NCBI GenBank assembly: GCA_964016885.1 | Contig: OZ024759.1 | Location: 8,866,001-8,930,000, forward strand | Length of the DNA: 64,000 nt | DNA from: Eledone cirrhosa | Lineage: Eukaryota | Direction of reading: 5' to 3' | Part shown: one piece after another, positions 43,205 to 64,000 of the stretch | Numbering within the stretch: the first letter of the stretch is position 1 | How the letters are laid out: every line of letters begins with the position of its first letter | Position numbers and translations under genes: made by a program | The notes under the pieces: model-generated | What the model was told of the DNA's origin: nothing | The model's input: the letters and a program-made list of their open reading frames with translations, nothing else | The model's database searches: none

Positions 43205-43930
43205 ATATTTGTTTTGTTTTAGTCTCATTCATTCTCAGCCCCACACTCATCGACACAGTCTCAACCTCCCACATCAAATCCTCTGCCTCCTTCACTGTAT
43301 TTGTCACCAAAACTATGTCGTCGGCAAATTCACCATCCGATACCTTTTTCGCCCTAACTCTGGTAGAGAATGTTGAGAAGCCAATGTAGGTGGGAAGCTG
43401 CCAGAATTGGTTGAGGACTTCCTGTATTTGGGAGCAAAGATTGGGAATACGGAAGATGATGTGGTTGAGAGGAAGAGCAAAGCCTGGGCGGCGTGCCACA
43501 GCTTGAGATCGGTGTAGATGTCGGACCTTCGTAGAGACCTGAAAATCCGCCTCTTCATTGCTGTACACTCAGATGGTGGATGGGTGCTACATGAGAGTGC
43601 TGAGGATGGCTCTGAACATTAATCAGTATACACTGAGGATGAAAAACTCAGAGCTGTATGGGAGCATCCCAAAAGTCAGCTCAAAAGTGACACAGAGGAG
43701 ACTGAGGTTAGCTGGACATGCTCAACGACATCCAGAGTTGACATTGCACTCAGTGCTCCTTTGGGAGCCCCTACATGGACACACTAGAAGAGGAAGACCA
43801 AGGTTAACGTATGTTGATGCCCTAAGGACAGACACTGGTCTGTTGGAGATGCAGGATATGGCAGCGATAATGAGGGACAAAGACCGCTGGAGAGAACTCG
43901 TCCATGGATCTCGGGAATTTTACCCGCCTT

Positions 43931-43932
<2 letters not shown>
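43205..43932 (+). mobile_element. Second RTE-like LINE family fragment with an inverted 5' part
   Basis: Minus-strand FADDIVL...GLRMNETKTK at 43207-43360. Plus-strand DFLYLG...RRLRLAGH...RGRPRLTYVD from about 43365. Confidence 0.85.
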
Positions 43933-43973
<41 letters not shown>

Positions 43974-44036
43974 ATATATATCATATATGTATACAATATA
44001 TATATATATATTGTATATATATCATATATATATACA

Positions 44037-44070
<34 letters not shown>

Positions 44071-44604
44071 ATATCATATATGTATACAATATATATATAT
44101 ACAATATATTTATATATATCATATATGTATACAATATATATATATAAATATATATATCATATATGTATACAATATATATATATATCATATATGTATACAA
44201 TATATATATATATATTGTATATATATCATATATATATCCAATATATATCCAATATATATATATATATATCATATATGTATACAATATATATATATATCAT
44301 ATATGTATACAATATATATATATATATATTGTATATATATCATATATATATCCAATATATATATATATCATATATATATCCAATATATATCATATATATA
44401 TACAATATATATATATATATCATATATATCATATATATAAACAATATATATATATATATATATCAAATATATATATATATATATCAAATATATATATATC
44501 AAATATATATATATATATCATATATATACATATCAATTAGTTGCATGGTTTGTTTGCCTGTCTGTTTATATCTATTGTCTGTCTGTCTCTCTCTCTCTAC
44601 CCCC

Positions 44605-44646
<42 letters not shown>

Positions 44647-44682
44647 CCTGACTATCTGTCTATCTATATCATCTTTGTTCAG

Positions 44683-59314
<14,632 letters not shown>

Positions 59315-59327
59315 TAGCCTCATTGCA

Positions 59328-60622
59328 TGTAAAGTGGTAGTACTGGTGTCATAATAAAATACACCCAGTGTACTCTGTAAAGAGGTAGTACTGGTGTCAT
59401 AATAAAATACACCCAGTACACTCTGTAAAGAGGTAGTACTGGTGTCATAATAAAATACACCCAGTACACTCTGTAAAGAGGTAGTACTGGTGTCATAATA
59501 AAATACACCCAGTACACTCTGTAAAGAGGTAGTACTGGTGTCATAAAATACACCCAGTACACTCTGTAAAGTGGTAGTGTTGGTGTCATGATAAAATACA
59601 CCCAGTACACTCTGTAAAGTGGTAGTGTTGGTGTCATGATAAAATACACCCAGTACACTCTGTAAAGTGGTAGTGTTGGTGTCATGATAAAATACACCCA
59701 GTACACTCTGTAAAGTGGTAGTGTTGGTGTCATGATATAATACACCCAGTACACTCTGTAAAGTGGTAGTGTTGGTGTCATGATATAATACACCCAGTAC
59801 ACTCTGTAAAGTGGTAGTGTTGGTCTCATGATATAATACACCCAGTACACTCTGTAAAGTGGTAGTGTTGGTGTCATGATAAAATACACCCAGTACACTC
59901 TGTAAAGTGGTAGTGTTGGTCTCATGATATAATACACCCAGTACACTCTGTAAAGTGGTAGTGTTGGTGCCAAGATATAATACACCCAGTACACTCTGTA
60001 AAGTGGTAGTGTTGGTGTCATGATATAATACACCCAGTACACTCTGTAAAGTGGTAGTGTTGGTGTCGAGATATAATACACCCAGTACACTCTGTAAAGT
60101 GGTAGTGTTGGTGTCAAGATATAATACACCCAGTACACTCTGTAAAGTGGTAGTGTTGGTCTCATGATATAATACACCCAGTACACTCTGTAAAGTGGCA
60201 GTGTTGGTGCCAAGATATAATACACCCAGTACACTCTGTAAAGTGGTAGTGTTGGTGTCATGATAAAATACACCCAGTACACTCTGTAAAGTGGTAGTGT
60301 TGGTGTCAAGATATAATACACCCAGTACACTCTGTAAAGTGGTAGTGTTGGTGTCAAGATATAATACACCCAGTACACTCTGTAAAGTGGTAGTGTTGGT
60401 GTCATGATAAAATACACCCAGTATACTCTGTAATGTGGTAGTGTTGGTGCCAAGATATAATACACCCAGTACACTCTGTAAAGTGGTAGTGTTGGTGTCA
60501 TGATATAATACACCCAGTACACTCTGTAAAGTGGTAGTGTTGGTGTCAAGATATAATACACCCAGTACACTCTGTAAAGTGGTAGTGCTGGTGTCATGAT
60601 ATAATACACCCAGTACACTCTG
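59328..60622. repeat. 48-bp minisatellite (tacacccagtacactctgtaaagtggtagtgttggtgtcatgatataa), about 27 copies
   Basis: Tandem repetition with a 16-aa period in ORF 59320-60651. Confidence 0.97.
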
Positions 60623-60753
60623 AATTGAGTGGCATTAGAAAAGTCAACCAATTGTTGAAACCATGTGAAGCTGTACGACAGTCTCCAGTGACTCGTCTAT
60701 AGTTGAACCGTGATAGGTCATTGAATCAACAGCAGCACGGAAAGTGGATTTTA

Positions 60754-61267
60754 AATAATTGTTTCTACTATTGGCACAAGGCCAGCAATTACCCCAGTGT
60801 ATTACTGGTACTTTATTTTATCGACCTCGTAAGGATGAAAGGCAAAGTTAACACTTTTAAATAATTGTTTCTACTTTTGGCACAAGGCCAGCAATTACCC
60901 CAGTACATTACTGGTACTTTATTTTATCGACCTCGTAAGGATGAAAGGCAAAGTTAACACTTTTAAATAATTGTTTCTACTTTAGGCACAAGGCCAGCAA
61001 TTACCCCCAGTGCATTACTGGTACTTTATTTTATCGACCTCGTAAGGATGAAAGGCAAAGTTAACACTTTTAAATAATTGTTTCTACTTTAGGCACAAGG
61101 CCAGCAATTACCCCCAGTGCATTACTGGTACTTTATTTTATCGACCCCGTAAGGATGAAAGGCAAAGTCAACCTCGGCGGGATTTGAACTCAGATCGTAA
61201 AGGGACGTAACTCTATGCTGGAAAGCATGGCGTCCGACCCTCTACCGATACTGCCAATCCACCGCCT
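60754..61267 (-). mobile_element. Meta/MESC-type SINE with three extra tandem copies of its 3' half
   Basis: About 106-bp unit repeated three times before a full copy at 61072-61267. Confidence 0.88.
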
Positions 61268-61469
61268 TTTAAATAATGACACCAATCATTTATTGACAGT
61301 GAAATTTCCTTAAGAGGTTCTCATTTAGGAAATTTTATTTGGTGAGTGTTTGTTTTACTGCAGGACTGGGTTTATAAGTAGCAGTCTAGTATACAACGTG
61401 TTAGTTTTACTGCAGTACTGGGGTGACCAGTTTCAGTCTAGTATACAATGTTGTGTTTTTTTACTGCAG

Positions 61470-61598
61470 GACTGTGGTAATCAGGATAGTTGCAGTCAAG
61501 CATACAATGCTGCAACACATTTAACAATAGACGTGCTCAATGTTAACGATGAACGTGTGAAATTCAAAGAGAAATTTTATGTTTCACGACTCAAAGAT
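61470..61598 (+). CDS. Cadherin-like gene, exon F (129 nt): DCGNQDSCSQAYNAATHLTIDVLNVNDERVKFKEKFYVSRLKD
   Basis: Acceptor ttttttactgcag, donor GAT|gtaagt. T-I-x-V-L-N-V-N-D...F is a DxNDNxPxF-like linker. Confidence 0.92.
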
Positions 61599-61814
61599 GT
61601 AAGTTGTTTTCAAATATTTTTGAAACTATTTAAATATACATGCTTTACTCTGTGTATATATCATACCATGTACTCTATATATCATATCATGTACTCTGTA
61701 TATCATACCATGCACCCTTAACATCTGGTAGTCATAGGGACACCCTAATGGTATACAGTATATGTGAGGCAATATGGGAAAGCCCATGCTGTTTCCGCTT
61801 GGAAATCAGCCACC

Positions 61815-61902
61815 TCTTCTTCTTCTTCTTCTTCTTCTTCTTCTTCTTCTTCTTCTTCTCCTTCTCCTTCTCCTTCTCCTTCTCCTTCTCCTCCTCCTCC
61901 TC
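61815..61902. repeat. (TTC)n/(CTCCTT)n polypyrimidine tract
   Basis: Seen directly. Confidence 0.95.
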
Positions 61903-61939
61903 TACATATGTACACATGGGTTATATCAAACATATATAA

Positions 61940-62117
61940 CTGTTTCTACTTTAGGCACAAGGCCAGCAATTATACAGTGCATTACTGGTACTTTATTTTA
62001 TCGACCCCGTAAGGATGAAAGGCAAAGTCAACCTCGGTGGGATTTGAACTCAGATCGTAAAGGGACGTAACTATGCGGGAAAGCATGGCGTCCGACCCTC
62101 TGCCAATCCACCGCCCT
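61940..62117 (-). mobile_element. Meta/MESC-type SINE
   Basis: Reverse-complement family match. Confidence 0.85.
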
Positions 62118-62148
62118 TATCAAACATAAAATTTATATCAAACATAAA

Positions 62149-62538
62149 TAATAATAGGTAAATATCTTTAAGTCGTTTGGAAGCCTCGACAATGCAAATG
62201 GGTAAATCTCCGGGTAACAAGATGCGGTGGTGGAGAGAGAGATGTAAGTGGGTGTACGTTGAGATGCGTGGCGTGTATAAGACGTGTAGAGGAATGAAGG
62301 AAAGAGTATAAAGGATAAAATAAAAATAACAACACGAGAGAGAGTTACCTTGGGAGAGATTTAATTGTCCCTATATATTTCGGATTCACATCCATCAACT
62401 GGGGGTTTTTTCCGGGGTGGGGGAAAGGTTGTCTGTCGGAAAGGTGCGAAACGCGTCCTCCGCTGTTTGTTGTTTTGAATATTACCCATTTGCATTGTCG
62501 GGGCTTCCAAACGACTTAAAGATATTTACCTATTATTC
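62149..62538. mobile_element. About 390-bp element with about 56-bp inverted ends and an internal degenerate hammerhead-like motif
   Basis: aataataggtaaatatctttaagtcgtttggaagc...tgggtaa versus its reverse complement at 62482-62538. Confidence 0.65.
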
Positions 62539-62576
62539 CACAATGCTTCAAGCAAACTTCAATACTCTCTTATAAA

Positions 62577-62980
62577 TAATTGTTTCTACTTTTGGCACAA
62601 GGCCAGCAAGTACCCAGTGCATTACTGGTACTTTATTTTATCGACCCCGTAAGGATGAAAGGCAAAGTTAACCTCGGCGGGATTTGAACTCAGAATGGCA
62701 AGGGCCGTAACTCTATGCATCAAAGCATGGCATCCAACCCTCTACCGATACTGCCAATTCACCGCCCTAATTCACCTACTCTCTTATAAATAATTGTTTC
62801 TACTTTAGGCCCAAGGCCAGCAATTATCCCAGTGCATTACTGGTACTTTATTTTATCGACCCCGTAAGGATGAAAGGCAAAGTTAACCTCGGTGGGATTT
62901 GAACTCAGATCATAAAGGGACGTAACTATGCTGGAAAGCATGGCGTCCGACCCTCTACCGATACTGCCAATCCGTTGCCA
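62577..62980 (-). mobile_element. Two tandem Meta/MESC-type SINEs
   Basis: Copies at about 62577-62768 and 62790-62980. Confidence 0.85.
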
Positions 62981-63115
62981 AAGTTTGTTTCAGGAATGTC
63001 CATACTTATCCTTTTTTCCATTGAGAGGGTTTTTTAAAATCCTAACTAACAAACTCTTTAGTCAAATATGACGTAAGCACATGTTACTACCTAATATATA
63101 TATATATAATATTAC

Positions 63116-63430
63116 TTCAAAATATTAATAAATATAGACATTCATGTTATCAAATATATTTTATTATATATATTTCAGAGGTACTGAGCTATTTCAACAG
63201 TACGTCCTCATCAGATAAAATAAATTGATATCTGACATACCTCAACTGTGCTGATGGTTCAATTCCAGTCTTGGCAGTCAGAATTGAACCATCAGCACAG
63301 TTGAGGTATGTCAGACATCAATTTATTTTATCTGATGAGGACGTACTGAGGAAACAGCTCTGTACCTCTGAAATATATATAATAAAATATATTTGATAAC
63401 ATGAATGTCTATATTTATTAATATTTTGAA
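63116..63430. repeat. Palindrome with about 150-bp arms and a 15-bp spacer, containing a CTGATGA...GAAA motif
   Basis: 63116-63265 versus 63281-63430. Confidence 0.9.
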
Positions 63431-63530
63431 TTAATATTAATAACTCCAGAAAACTTCATTGTTGAGTGCTTCTAATCTATTGTGAAACTATATTCATTGA
63501 TTAATTAATGAACCTTGTTTAACTTTTGGT

Positions 63531-63555
<25 letters not shown>

Positions 63556-63563
<8 letters not shown>

Positions 63564-63729
63564 ATACTTTGGGAGGGTCATGTTGCCAATAAGAAACACA
63601 CGCACCAGTTGCTTTCACTTCAATTTATTATAAATTAAATTTATAAATTTATTATAATAAATTGAAGTGAAAACAACTGGTGCGTGTGTTTCTTATTGGC
63701 AACATGACCCTCCCAAAGTATAACAATAT
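63556..63729. repeat. Palindrome with about 77-bp arms; the arm also occurs at 15775-15850
   Basis: ttgttatactttgggagggtcatgttgccaataagaaacacacgcaccag and its reverse complement. Confidence 0.9.
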
Positions 63730-64000
63730 CGGTTTCAACACACGTTTTCAGATAAAGAATCTCGCTAAACAAATTCAGAAACGATATATATATAGTTATG
63801 TAATAAACAACATAAGGCAATTATTCCATTTACCAGTGGTTTCTTAAAAGCAAAAAAATTTTGCTTTCAATCATCAGAATGAAAAAATCTCGGTGTATTT
63901 ATTGGCGTTGGATTTTAAAAACCTATATATATATATATTGCTTGGCTTGTTGTTCTTTTCGCTGTTTTCTTTCTGTTTTCTCTTTTCTTCCTTTTTGCTT

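Noticed and set aside
22741-44540. Numerous Ile/Tyr-rich ORFs
   Set aside because: They are translations of (TA)n tracts.
59320-60651. 443-aa repeat ORF
   Set aside because: It is the translation of a 48-bp TE-derived minisatellite.

Overview
Eukaryotic, repeat-saturated genomic DNA. The SINE/LINE content suggests an octopod cephalopod, but that is inference. The only host gene I can support is part of a + strand cadherin-superfamily gene, seen as six small exons (3023-3177, 9853-9909, 13540-13611, 16354-16455, 44683-44796, 61470-61598). They splice in frame into about 209 aa covering a degenerate Cys-rich cadherin repeat, one complete repeat and the start of the next. The rest is intron: decayed RTE-clade LINEs (one family carries a PHD-like finger inside ORF2), CORE-type and Meta/MESC-type tRNA SINEs, a piggyBac-like MITE, multi-kb (TA)n tracts, and minisatellites up to 14.5 kb that generate all the giant ORFs. 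The most notable hidden signal is a set of short, often fold-back elements inserted in (TA)n tracts. They carry minimal type I hammerhead ribozyme motifs (three distinct well-formed sequences at four loci, plus several degenerate ones), typical of Penelope-like element termini or retrozymes. All folds and alignments were read by eye, not computed.
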